A stretch of DNA of 64,000 nt, taken from NCBI RefSeq assembly GCF_035084215.1, contig NC_090325.1, positions 194,618,001 through 194,682,000 of the forward strand, given 5' to 3'. The notes under the pieces are model-generated. The model had not been told where the DNA came from, did no database searches, and saw only the letters and a program-made list of their open reading frames with translations. Of the stretch, positions 47,101-59,100 are shown in pieces; position 1 is the first letter of the stretch; each line of letters starts with the position of its first letter. The position numbers were made by a program, and so were the translations under genes. Source of the stretch: Heptranchias perlo. Its lineage: Eukaryota.

Positions 47101-50100
47101 GCCTCGCCCCCCCCCCTCCCTACCTCCGTAACCTCCTCCAGCCCGACAACTCTCCGAGATCTTTGCGCTCCTCCAATTCTGGCCACTTGTCCATCCCCCA
47201 CTTCCATCGTTCCACCATTGGCGGCCGTGCCTTCAACTGCCTAGGTCCTAAGCTCTGGAATTCCCTCCCTAAACCTCTCCACCTCTCTCTCCTCCTTTAA
47301 GATGCTGCTTAAAATTGCACTTCAAATATTTATCCACTGTTCCTTTAAAAGATGCAATGGTCTCTACTTCAACCACTTACCTTGGCAAAATATCCAAAAT
47401 TCCCAAAGGGTAGTTGAGGCGAATAGCATAGATGCATTTAAGGGGAAGCTCGATAAACACATGAGGGAGAAAGGAATAGAAGGATATGCTGATAGGGTGA
47501 GATGAAGTAGGGAGGGAGGAGGCTCATGTGGAGCATAAACACCGGCCGAATGGCCTGTTTCTGTGCTGTAAATTCTATATAATTCTAATAAGACTTTACG
47601 TGAATAAATTTCTCCTAATCTTAGTCCTAGCGCTTCTTGAGACTATTTTGAAATGGTGATCTCATATCACCAAGAGCATCCCCATTATTGAGAATTTTAT
47701 ATATTTAAAGAAAACAAAACAAGATCAGGAGTCACTGAACAGACTAAGCACTTACGTAATACTTACCGGAGAACTCAATTAGACCTGTGTCCTGTCACTT
47801 AACCTCTTGCATGCTAATGTCCTCCAGTCATCAATGTGAATTTGCAAGTGATGTGCTGCTATCCATGCTAAATGTGAATCAGCTCGGTTAAATTATATAG
47901 ACTTATTAATTTTTGATCTGATAATCAGAAGTTGTCCTGCCAACTTTCCTGTGGTCTTTGTTGAAGATTTCGATGAGTTGCTTCTATTTTACTTCAGTTT
48001 GCCGTGCGTGAATAATGTTGTGCAGAATGTGTACACTTGTCACATCAAACACATAGGAACAGGAGGAGGCCATTCAGCCCCTCGAGACTGTTCGGCCGTT
48101 CAGTTAGATCATAGCTGATCCGTATCTGATCTGACTCTCCCACCAGAGGAAATAGTTTCTCTCTCTCTCCCATATCAAATCCTTAAATTATCTTAAACAG
48201 CTCAACTAGGTCACACCGTAATCTTGTAAACTCAAGGGAATATAAGTCAAATAAGTGTCGCACCAAGTCCCGTTCTCCCATCACCCCCTGTGCTCGCTGA
48301 CCTACACTGGCTCCCGGTCCGGGAACGCCTCGATTTTTAAAATTCTCATCCTTGTTTTCAAATCCCTCCATGGCCCTCGCCCCCTCCCTATCTCTGTAAC
48401 CTCCTCCAGTCCTACAACCCTCCGAAATCTCTGAGCTCCTCCAATTCTGGCCTCTTATGCATCCCTGATTTTCATCGTTCCACCATTGGCGACCGTGCCT
48501 TCAGCTGCCTAGGCCCCAAGCTCAGGAATTCCCTCCCTAAACCTCTCCGCCTCTCTACCTCTCTCTCCTCCTTTAAGACACTCCTTAAAACCTACCTCTT
48601 TGACCAAGCTTTGGTCACCTGTCCTAATATCTCCTTTTGTGGCCCAATGTCAGATTTTCCTGTGAAGCGCCTTGGGACATTAAAGGCGAGTGACTCACCT
48701 CCTGACTCCCCAAAGCCTTTCCACCATCTACAAGGCACAAGTCAGGAGTGTGATGGAATACTCTCCACTTGCCTGGATGAGTGCAGCTCCAACAACACTC
48801 AAGAAGCTCGACACCATTCAGGACAAAGCAGCCCGCTTGATTGGCACCCCATCCACCACCCTAAACATTCACTCCCTTCACCACCGGCGCACTGTGGCTG
48901 CAGTGTGTACCATCCACAGGATGCACTGCAGCAACTCGCCAAGGCTTCTTTGACAGCACCTCCCAAACCTGTGACCTCTACCACCTAGAAGGACAAGAGC
49001 AGCAGGCGCATGGGAACACCACCATCTGCACATTCCCCTCCAAGTCACACACCATCCCGACTTGGAAATATATCGGCCGTTCCTTCGTCGTCGCTGGGTC
49101 AAAATCCTGGAACTCCCTTCCTAACAGCGCTGTGGGAGAACCGTCACCACATGGACTGCAGTGGTTCAAGAAGGCGGCTCACCACCACCTTCTCCAGGGC
49201 AATTAGGGATGGGCAATAAATGCTGGTCTCGCCAGCAATGCCCACATCCCAAGAACGAATAAAAAAAAAACATAAATGCAAGTTGTTGTTAGCAAACTGA
49301 GAACCTAATATGATGTGAACCTATCACGGTACACTTTTTAAGATGGCACAGAAATGTGTTGACCCTGAGATTGAAGAATTGCCATGTTACTCCCAACCAG
49401 TCATTAATGATACGCACATATACATTTTTATATATATATAATTTACCTGTGTTGTGTTGAATCCATTTTACTTGCTGTAGATTATTTTGAGAGGATGATC
49501 TAATGCCCTGTTCGATGTGGATCTAATGCCCTGTTCCATGTGGATCCAATGCCCTGTTCGATGTGGATCCAATGCCCTGTTCCATGTGGATCCAATGCCC
49601 TGTTCCATGTGGATCCAATGCCCTGTTCGATGTGGATCCAATGCCCTGTTCCATGTGGATCCAATGCCCTGTTCCATGTGGATCCAATGCCCTGTTCCAT
49701 GTGGATCCAATGCCCTGTTCGATGTGGATCCAATGCCCTGTTCCATGTGGATCCAATGCCCTGTTCGATGTGGATCCAATGCCCTGTTCCATGTGGATCC
49801 AATGCCCTGTTCCATGTGGATCTAATGCCCTGTTCCATGTGGATCTAATGCCCTGTTCGATGTGGATCGAATGCCCTGTTCCATGTGGATCGAATGCCCT
49901 GTTCCATGTGGATCCAATGCCCTGTTCGATGTGGATCCAATGCCCTGTTCCATGTGGATCCAATGCCCTGTTCCATGTGGATCCAATGCCCTGTTCCATG
50001 TGGATCCAATGCCCTGTTCCATGTGGATCCAATGCCCTGTTCCATGTGGATCCAATGCCCCGTTCCATGTGGATCCAATGCCCTGTTCCATGTGGATCCA

Positions 50101-53100
50101 ATGCCCTGTTCCATGTGGATCCAATGCCCTGTTCGATGTGGATCCAATGCCCTGTTCCATGTGCATCCAATGCCCTGTTCCATGTGCATCCAGTGCCCTG
50201 TTCCATGTGGATCCAGTGCCCTGTTCCATGTGGATCCAGTGCCCTGTTCCATGTGGATCCAGTGCCCTGTTCCATGTGGATCCAGTGCCCTGTTCCATGT
50301 GGATCCAGTGCCCTGTCGCATGTGGATCCAGTGCCCTGTCGCATGTGGATCCAGTGCCCTGTCCCATGTGGATCCAATGCCCTGTCCCATGTGGATCCAA
50401 TGCCCTGTCACTTGGAATGGGGCCATGTTTTAAATTTGCATTTGTCCTTTTTCCTGTATTAGATTGCGGCGTTGTGAATGGTGTTAAAGGCGTGCACTTC
50501 CTATGCACAAGAGGTGGCAAGCCAAGCGGGGAAGCGATTATTGAACTCCAGTCTGCGGAGGATATTAAGAAAGCTCTAGAAAAGGACAGAAAATACATGG
50601 GGCAGCGTTACATCGAAGGTACATTGACAGTGAACTCCAAAATACCGCATCCCAAAAGCCTGCTGTTCTCCTGTAGAATCACTGAATGATACAGCACGTA
50701 AGGAGGCCATTTGGCCCATCGTGTCTGTGCCGGCTTTTTGAAAGAGCTATCCAATTAGTCCTACTTCCCCTCCCCCTCCCCTTCCTCTTAGCCCTGCAGA
50801 TTTTTTCCCTTTAAGTATTTACATCTAATTCCCTTTTGAAAGTTATTATTGAATCTGCTTCCACCGCCCTTTCAGGCAGCGCATTCCAGATCATAACATC
50901 TCGCTGCGTAAAAAAAAAAATCTCCCATCTTGCCTCTGATTCTTTTGCCAGTTACCTTAAATCTGTATCCTCTTGTCACTGACTCGCTGGTAAAAACAAC
51001 AACAATCTAATGTGTTCTGGAATTTTAAAGTTAACAGTCCCCAGACGGGCCCTAGTGCAGTCTAAAGCCTTTATAAAATGGGAAATACTATACTAAAGTT
51101 CAGAGGTGCACCCCTGTTATAGTGAGCTGTCATTAAGCGGTGGTGTACCAGTTCTGAACCCTGGTACGTGGCAGAGTCTCCATGTGTTGGCACTGGCCCC
51201 GGTGTTTGTTACTGTTTGTTGTCACAGTCCCGAGGGACTGAGTGCAGTTGTGCCTGTTCCCGTCCCTGGGGAAAGGAGGGGGGGGGGTGGTAAATAAGGT
51301 AAGATCCAGAAGGCTCTGTGAGGAGAGAGAGATGGGACGTAAAGAGTTTTGCAGTTGCTGACTTGTATAATTGTTTGACCTACATTGGATCCCGGTCTGG
51401 GAATGCCTCAATTTTAAAATTCTTGCTTTTATTTCCTGTGTTCTAATGGTCTCCCCTCTTGCGCATCCCCGATTTTAATCGCTGCACCATTGGCGGCCGT
51501 GCCTTCAGCTGCCTAGGCCCTAAGCTCTGGAATTCCCTCCCATACCTCTCCGACTCTCAACCCCTCTCTCCTCCTTTAAGACATTCCTTAAAACCTACCT
51601 CTTTGACCAAGCTTTTGGTCACCTGTCCTAATATCTCCTTATCTGACTCATTGTCACATTTTGTTTGACAGTCGCTCCTGTGAAGTGCCTTGGAAGGTTT
51701 TGCTACATTAAAGATGCGGTGTAAATGCAAGTTGTTATAAACACACACTGTCCTGATACATGTCCAGAAGACCCCCGTTACTTGATGCTTTTACATGGGT
51801 TTTCATGCTCAATAGGAACAAGCAAAAATTGTTTTTAAGAGCTTAATATTTAGCAACATCGGCAGCGGTAAGAAGACCTGTTTTCTGTTTTACGAGCTGA
51901 CCTACTCTTCAGATATTGTTGGCTTTGTTCAATTTGCACTGAGATGCGAGCGAAAAATAAATCTTAGTGTCAGCCGTGGCTCGGTGGGTAGTACACTCGC
52001 CTCTGAGTCAGAAGGTTGTGGGTTCAAGTCCCCCTCCAGAGACTTGAGCTCCAAATCCAGGCTGACACTCCCAGAGCAGTACTGAGGGAGTGCTGCACTG
52101 TTGGAGGTGCTGTCTTTCAGATGAGACATTAAACCGAGGACCCGTCTGCCCCCTCGGGTGATGTAAAGATCCCACGGCCACTATTTCGAAGAAGAGCAGG
52201 GGAGTTCTCCCCGGTGTCCTGGGGCCAATATTTATCCCTCAATCAACTAAAAAACAGATTATCTGGTCATTATCACATTGCTGTTTGTGGGATCTTGCAG
52301 TGCGCAAATTGGCTGCCGTCTTTCGTACGTTACAACAGTGACTACGCTTCAAAAGTACTTCATTGGTTGTAAAGCGCTTTGGGACGTCCTGAGGTTGTGA
52401 AAGGTGCTGTAGAAATGCAAGTTCTTTTTCTAGCTTTAGAAACAGCTGAATAGAAGGACATGCTCTTCTCTCCTACCCTTAGGTTTCCAAGTGTCACTCA
52501 CCTACCGATAGGTTGCATGTTCCACCGTCCCTGCTAATGGGCTGTTCGTCTGTCCATCAGCAGTGAAATGGAGAGGAAAAAAACGTATATTTATTCGGGC
52601 CTTTCGCAACCGTAGGACATCCCAGAGCGCTTTACAGCCAATGATGTGCATTTTTTTTTGAAGTGTAGTCACTGTTGTAATGCAGGAAATGCGGCAGCCA
52701 ATTTGCGCACAGCAAGATCCCACAAACAGCAATGTGATAATGACCCAGATAATCTGTGTTTTTTATTGATGTTGGTTGAGGGATAAATATTGGCCAGGGC
52801 ACCGGGGAGAACTCCCCCTGCTCTTCGAAATAGTGGCCGTGGGATCATTTATATCCACCTGAGGGGGCAGGTGGAGCCTCGGTTTAACGTCCGAAAGAGA
52901 TAAACCAAAACTCCTTTACTCAGAGAGTGGTGAGAATGTGGAACTCGCTACCACAAGGAGTAGTTGAGGCGAATAGCATAGATGCACTTAAGGGGAAAGC
53001 TAGATAAACACATGAGGGAGAAAGGAATAGGAGGATATGCTGATAGGGTGAGATGAAGAGGGGAGGGAGGAGGCTCATGTGGAGCATAAATACCAGCATG

Positions 53101-56100
53101 GACCTATTAGGCTGAACAGTCTGTTTCTGTGCTGTGCATTCTATGTAATAGGTTTCAGTTATAACACCAGCCCAATTCTCACATCAGTATCAGTATCGAA
53201 ATAAACTTCAGCTTCAAAGTAGCTCAGTCTCTGAGATAGAATAGAATCATAGAAGTTACAACATGGAAACAGGCCCTTAGGCCCAACATGTCCATGTCGC
53301 CCAGTTTATACCACTAAGCTAGTCCCAATTGCCTGCACTTGGCCCATATCCCTCTATACCCATCTTACCCATGTAACTGTCCAAATGCTTTTTAAAAGAC
53401 AAAATTGTACCCGCCTCTACCACTGCCTCTGGCAGCTCGTTCCAGACACTCACCACCCTTTGAGTGAAAAAATTGCCCCTCTGGACCCTTTTGTATCTCT
53501 CCCCTCTCACCTTAAATCTATGTCCCCTCGTTATAGACTCCCCTACCTTTGGGAAAAGATTTTGACTATCTACCTTATCTATGCCCCTCATTATTTTATA
53601 GACTTCTATAAGATCACCCCTTAACCTCCTACTCTCCAGGGAAAAAAGTCCCAGTCTATCTAACCTCTCCCTATAAGTCAAACCATCAAGTCCCGGTAGC
53701 ATCCTAGTAAATCTTTTCTGCACTCTTTCTAGTTTAATAATATCCTTTCTATAATAGGGTGACCAGAACTGTACACAGTATTCCAAGTGTGGCCTTACTA
53801 CTGTCTTGTACAACTTCAACAAGACATCCCAACTCCTGTATTCAATGTTCTGACCAATGAAACCAAGCATGCCGAATGCCTTCTTCACCACCCTATCCAC
53901 CTGTGACTCCACTTTCAAGGAGCTATGAACCTGTACTCCTAGATCTCTTTGTTCTATAACTCTCCCCAACGCCCTACCATTAACGGAGTAGGTCCTGGCC
54001 TGATTCGATCTACCAAAATGCATCACCTCACATTTATCTAAATTAAACTCCATCTGCCATTCATCAGCCCACTGGCCCAATTTATCAAGGTCCCGCTGCA
54101 ATCCTAGATAACCTTCTTCACTGTCCACAATGCCACCAATCTTGGTGTCATCTGCAAACTTACTAACCATGCCTCCTAAATTCTCATCCAAATCATTAAT
54201 ATAAATAACAAATAACAGCGGACCCAGCACCGATCCCTGAGGCACACCGCTGGACACAGGCCTCCAGTTTGAAAAACAACCCTCTACAACCACCCTCTGT
54301 CTTCTGTCGTCAAGCCAATTTTGTATCCAATTGGCTACCTCACCTTGGATCCCATGAGATTTAACCTTATGTAACAACCTACCATGCGGTACCTTGTCAA
54401 ATGCTTTGCTGAAGTCCATGTAGACCACGTCTACTGCACAGCCCTCATCTATCTTCTTGGTTACCCCTTCAAAAAACTCAATCAAATTCGTGAGACATGA
54501 TTTTCCTCTCACAAAACCATGCTGACTGTTCCTAATCAGTCCCTGCTTCTCCAAATGCCTGTAGATCCTGTCCCTCAGAATACCCTCTAACAACTTACCC
54601 ACTACAGATGTCAGGCTCACCGGTCTGTAGTTCCCAGGCTTTTCCCTGCCGCCCTTCTTAAACAAAGGCACAACATTTGCTACCCTCCAATCTTCAGGCA
54701 CCTCACCTGTAGCTGTCGATGATTCAAATATCTCTGCTAGGGGACCCGCAATTTCCTCCCTAACCTCCCATAACGTCCTGGGATACATTTCATCAGGTCC
54801 CGGAGATTTATCTACCTTGATGCGCGTTAAGACTTCCAGCACCTCCCTCCCTGTAATATGTCCACTCCTCAAGGTTAACGCGGATATATCAGCGCTGAGC
54901 TGTATTGCTTTAACACTTTCCCACCTTCACTATTATTTCCCATTTCTCTTTTGTTATCCTCTTTCCCCATAGGAATTAAACTCTCTCCTTACATGTTGTG
55001 GTGGAGCAAACTGCTGTATTTCAGTGGGGATTTAAATTTTAAACCCCACGTGTCACCAAATGTGTATGAGCAGTGCAGTACCACTGGACTGATGATGTGC
55101 TTTGTTCTGAATGTGGGGAATAACAACAGCCAGCCTCTGATTTCCTTCCAAACTGTGACACGATGCCTGTTTGCTTTATTTTAGAAGCATTTGCAGGTTT
55201 TGTTGTGGTTATGTCAGGGTGTTCTGCACATATTTCCTTCGCTCCACCATTGACGGCCGCGCCTTCAGCTGCCTAGGCTCTACGCTCTGGGATTCCCTCT
55301 CTAAACCTCTCCGCCTCTCTACCCCTCTCTCCTCCTTAAAACCTACCTCTTTGACCAAGCTTTTGGTCACCTGTCCTAATATATCTCCTTATATGGCTCG
55401 GTGTCAAATTTTATTTGTTAATCGCTCCTGTGAAGCGCCTTGGGACGTTTTACTGCGTTAAAGGCGCTGTATAAATGCGAGTTGTTGTATAAAGCACTTC
55501 AACTGGTAGCACATATAAATGTTGGCCTTGCCAGCGACCCCACATCTCATGAACGAATGAAAAAAAAACATTAGAGCAACAGCACAAGAACCTTGTTTTC
55601 CGTGCCCCTGGTCTCCTCCTGAGCTCCTGATCTCTGCTGAGTGGATGCAGGGAAGCACTGAGCAGACCCGTTTCTGTACTGCTCTCCTTGTAACCAACCA
55701 ACGGGGCGGTGTCTGGGGGAGCACGCTGCCTGTTTTCGGGGCGACATAGGGAAACCAAATTGATGAGAGAGAAAAGTAAGGGAAATAAAAAGAGCACGCA
55801 AAGTGGAGGCAATATATTTAAATAATTTTCTTTTAAGTATAACTCTCGCAAGAGAAAGTTAAAATAACCAAACTTTTTCTCTCTTTTGCCTTAGTGTTCG
55901 AGCTAAGTAGCAGTGATGTGGACACCCTTCTGAAGCGTCTCCATTCTAGTGAGAAGGAACTGACTGACGGCAGTGTTGTGCGTCTGAGGGGGCTGCCGTT
56001 TAGCTGCACCGCGGAGGAAATCAATCGTTTCTTTGAGGGTTTGTTGATATTTTCTGTGTACTCTTGTCGATTCTTGATGCATCATTCACTGCCTGCGTTC

Positions 56101-59100
56101 TTATAGCACAGAAGGAGGCCATTCGGTCCATCGTGCCTGTGCCGGCTCTTGGAAAGAGCTATCCGATTAGTCCCACGTCCCCCCCCTGCTCTTTCCCCCA
56201 CAGCCCTGCAAATTTTTCCCCTTCAAGTATTTATCCAATTCCTCTTTTGAAAGTTATTATTGAATCTGCTTCCACCGCCCTTTCAGGCAGCGCATTCCAG
56301 ATTGTATCAACTGTCGACGGATGATTTTTTTTGTGGTAGGATTATTCTGACTGCTGCGTGTTGGGCGTCACGAAGTGTCCTGTTTCAGGCTCATGTGGCC
56401 ATTTTTCCCCCACAGAAAATATGAGTTAATTTATAATGTTTTTTTTTAAGTAAAAGTGTATTCTCACATGTTTGCAATCAAGATAAACCTCACACCCGTT
56501 GTGTTGGAAACCACTTTCATTTCTTGTCTGTGAAGAGAGAGATAAAACACGGAGTGGGGCGGGGGGGGGGGGGGAGAGCTTTTGAACACGAACTGCGTGG
56601 ACAGATGACCCTTCCCTAGATGAGAGGGAATGGAGAGAGCTGTGAAAGCGGGCTCAGAAAGACAGGAGAATGAAGGGGAGTTAATTCTGTTTTGAGTAAG
56701 ACGGATCACTGAGTTAACTGGAAGGGTGTAGGATTTTCATTGTTGCCCATTGTTATCATGTGAAGACAAGTTGGTATTGATTGAAATAAGTGAATCTGAT
56801 CATAACGGTTGACCTGTGTGAAATGAAGCAGCTGAACAATTCGCATCGAGCCTCATCTCACCGAGTGTTCAGTCAGTCTGCTCTTGGGGAGATATATGAG
56901 CTATCGGGGTTGTTAATTCCGATATTTGTTTTACTATACAGCGAAATCCCGACCACCTTGCTGTACTTCCAGCCCAGTTAACGTTGTGCTTATCACGTGC
57001 TGGAGAACACGTTTCTAATTTTGGCTCCTGGTGTCATTGTCAACCAGTCCCAAATTGTGTGTATTATGGGTTAGATGTAGATTAAAGGACCCTCTACTGT
57101 GCCCAACAACACATTCTGGCTCAGTCTCGATACAGCTCCTCTAGTACACCCGTGAGAATCAGTCATCCATGTGGACACTCTGAGTGTGCTTCAGAATCCA
57201 CTGCCAATTGAGTTGAATTATAGGCAGTTGTGTGTTGCGGGCCATGTTTCCACTAGGAAGTGGGTCGAGAGTGTCCAGGTCAACTTCACTTAAGTCCCTT
57301 ACAGTCAGCAGAGGGGAGAGATCTTCAAACCCGTCAGTCTGGGCAGGTTCAAGCCAGGTTCCAGAGGTGGAAAGTCAGCATTGTAACCTTTTTGCATCAG
57401 CCATTCAGTCGTTTATGGATTATGACAATGTGCTATCTGCCAGTGATACTGAAGAGCATTTTGTTTTTCTGAACATTATTAACTGCAGGGCTGCAGATTG
57501 TAGAAGATGGCATCACAATAACAAAGGATCATCGTGGCAGAAATACAGGGGACGCTTTTGTGCAGTTTGCATCTCAGGAAATTGCAGAACAGGCTCTGGC
57601 AAAAGACCGGGAAATGATCGGGTCCAGGTACGCATTTGGTAAAAACGACCAAAAGACCTTGCATTTTAGGTAGAATCTTATCTTGTTCTCGGGGCGTGAT
57701 AGAGTGTTTCACAACCAACGAGTTACTTTTTTTTTGTTTGAAGTGTGTAGTCGTTGTTTTGTAGATAAACACGGCAGCTGGTTTGCGAACAGCAAGGTCC
57801 CACAGGCAGCAAATCAATTGACTCAATGACGGTGTTGATTGATGGTAGAATGTTGGCTGGGACACTCTGGGTGATCACCCTGCGATGGGATCTTTTGCAT
57901 CCAGGCAGACAGAGGCCTTAATTTAACATCTTATCCAAAAAAATGGCACTTCCGACAATGCTGCACTCCCACAGTACTGTGCTGAATTGTCAATGGTTCC
58001 TCTGTCCAGCAACACAAGTTAGAAATTTGGTCTGACTGATTTTACATTTGCCACAATCTGCATTCTGCTCTGGGACTGTTATTTTTATATATATAATATT
58101 TATATAAAACACAGTCCCAGAGCAGAATGCAGATTATAAATTTCCTATTTTAACTTGGTTATTTTTACCTACTGGTTTAAGTTATTTTCTTTCCTCTTTA
58201 GGTCCTCACTGACCTGCAATATTCCCTAGCCAAGAGAGCTGGCAGATAACCTACCCGTAGATCTTGTCAGTGATGCCCTGTAACCCCATTTAGAGTACTG
58301 CGTTCAGTTCTGGGCACCGCACCTCAGGAAGGATATATTGGCTTTGGAGGGTTGCAGTGCAGATTCACCAGGATGATACCTGGGGCTAAATTACGAGGAC
58401 AGGTTGCCTAGACGAGGCTTGTATTCCGTCGAGTATAGAAGATTAAGGGGTGATCTAATTGAGGTGTTTAAGATGATTAAAGGATTTAATAGGGTAGAAG
58501 AGAAACTATTTCCTCTGGTGGGAGAGTCCAGAACAAGGGGGCACAACCTTAAAATTAGAGCTAGGCCGTTCAGGGGTGATGTCAGAAAACACTTCTTCAC
58601 ACAATGGGGAGTGGAAATCTGGAACTCTCTCCCCCAAAAAGCTGTTGAGGCTGGGGGTCAATTGAAAATGTCAAAACTGAGATTGATAGACTTGTTAGGC
58701 AAGGGTATTGAGGGTTACGGCAGGTAAGATGGAGTTATGGTACAGATCAGCCATGATCTAATTGAATGACTGAACAGGCTCGAGGGGCTGAATGGCCTCC
58801 TCCTGTTCCCTTATAACCAGCTACCGTGAGGTATCCAGCAGCAATGTGGGTACATCAAGTGCTATTTTACTTTTTAAAAAAGAACGTTTGTGTTGTTGGT
58901 GCTGTTGCACGAACGATCAGAGAATTTACACTCAGTGTTACAGAGCGCGGGTAGCAGTGGTTTGACTCCATCGATTCCTGACCAAATTAGCGATGGGCAG
59001 AGCCTGTGTTGCCTCCCCGTGGAGGAGGGGCAAAAGCCTGAGGAAGATTCGCACCTGGGTGCTGGCCAGTGTCTCCTGGCAGTTGGCTAGGCAATATTGA

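Noticed and set aside
42424-50409. Tandem arrays as CRISPR-like loci
   Set aside because: Units are contiguous with no unique spacers, there are no cas genes, and the context is vertebrate.
49468-50462. Long repetitive ORFs, one fused in frame to GRSF1 exon 3 (49862..50689)
   Set aside because: Minisatellite artefact; the real exon starts at the ttag| acceptor at 50462, in phase with exon 2.
51967-52040. tRNA-like A and B boxes (also at ~2933-3010)
   Set aside because: These are SINE heads continuing into the SINE body, not tRNA genes.
53319-54872. 517-aa reverse transcriptase ORF as a domesticated gene
   Set aside because: 5'-truncated CR1 ORF2 with a TTG start, no endonuclease domain and an intact retrotransposon tail.
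53221-54900. Loose inverted similarity flanking the young CR1 (agctcagtctctgagata / tatatcagcgctgagct)
   Set aside because: Short and imperfect; compatible with chance and not a TSD.
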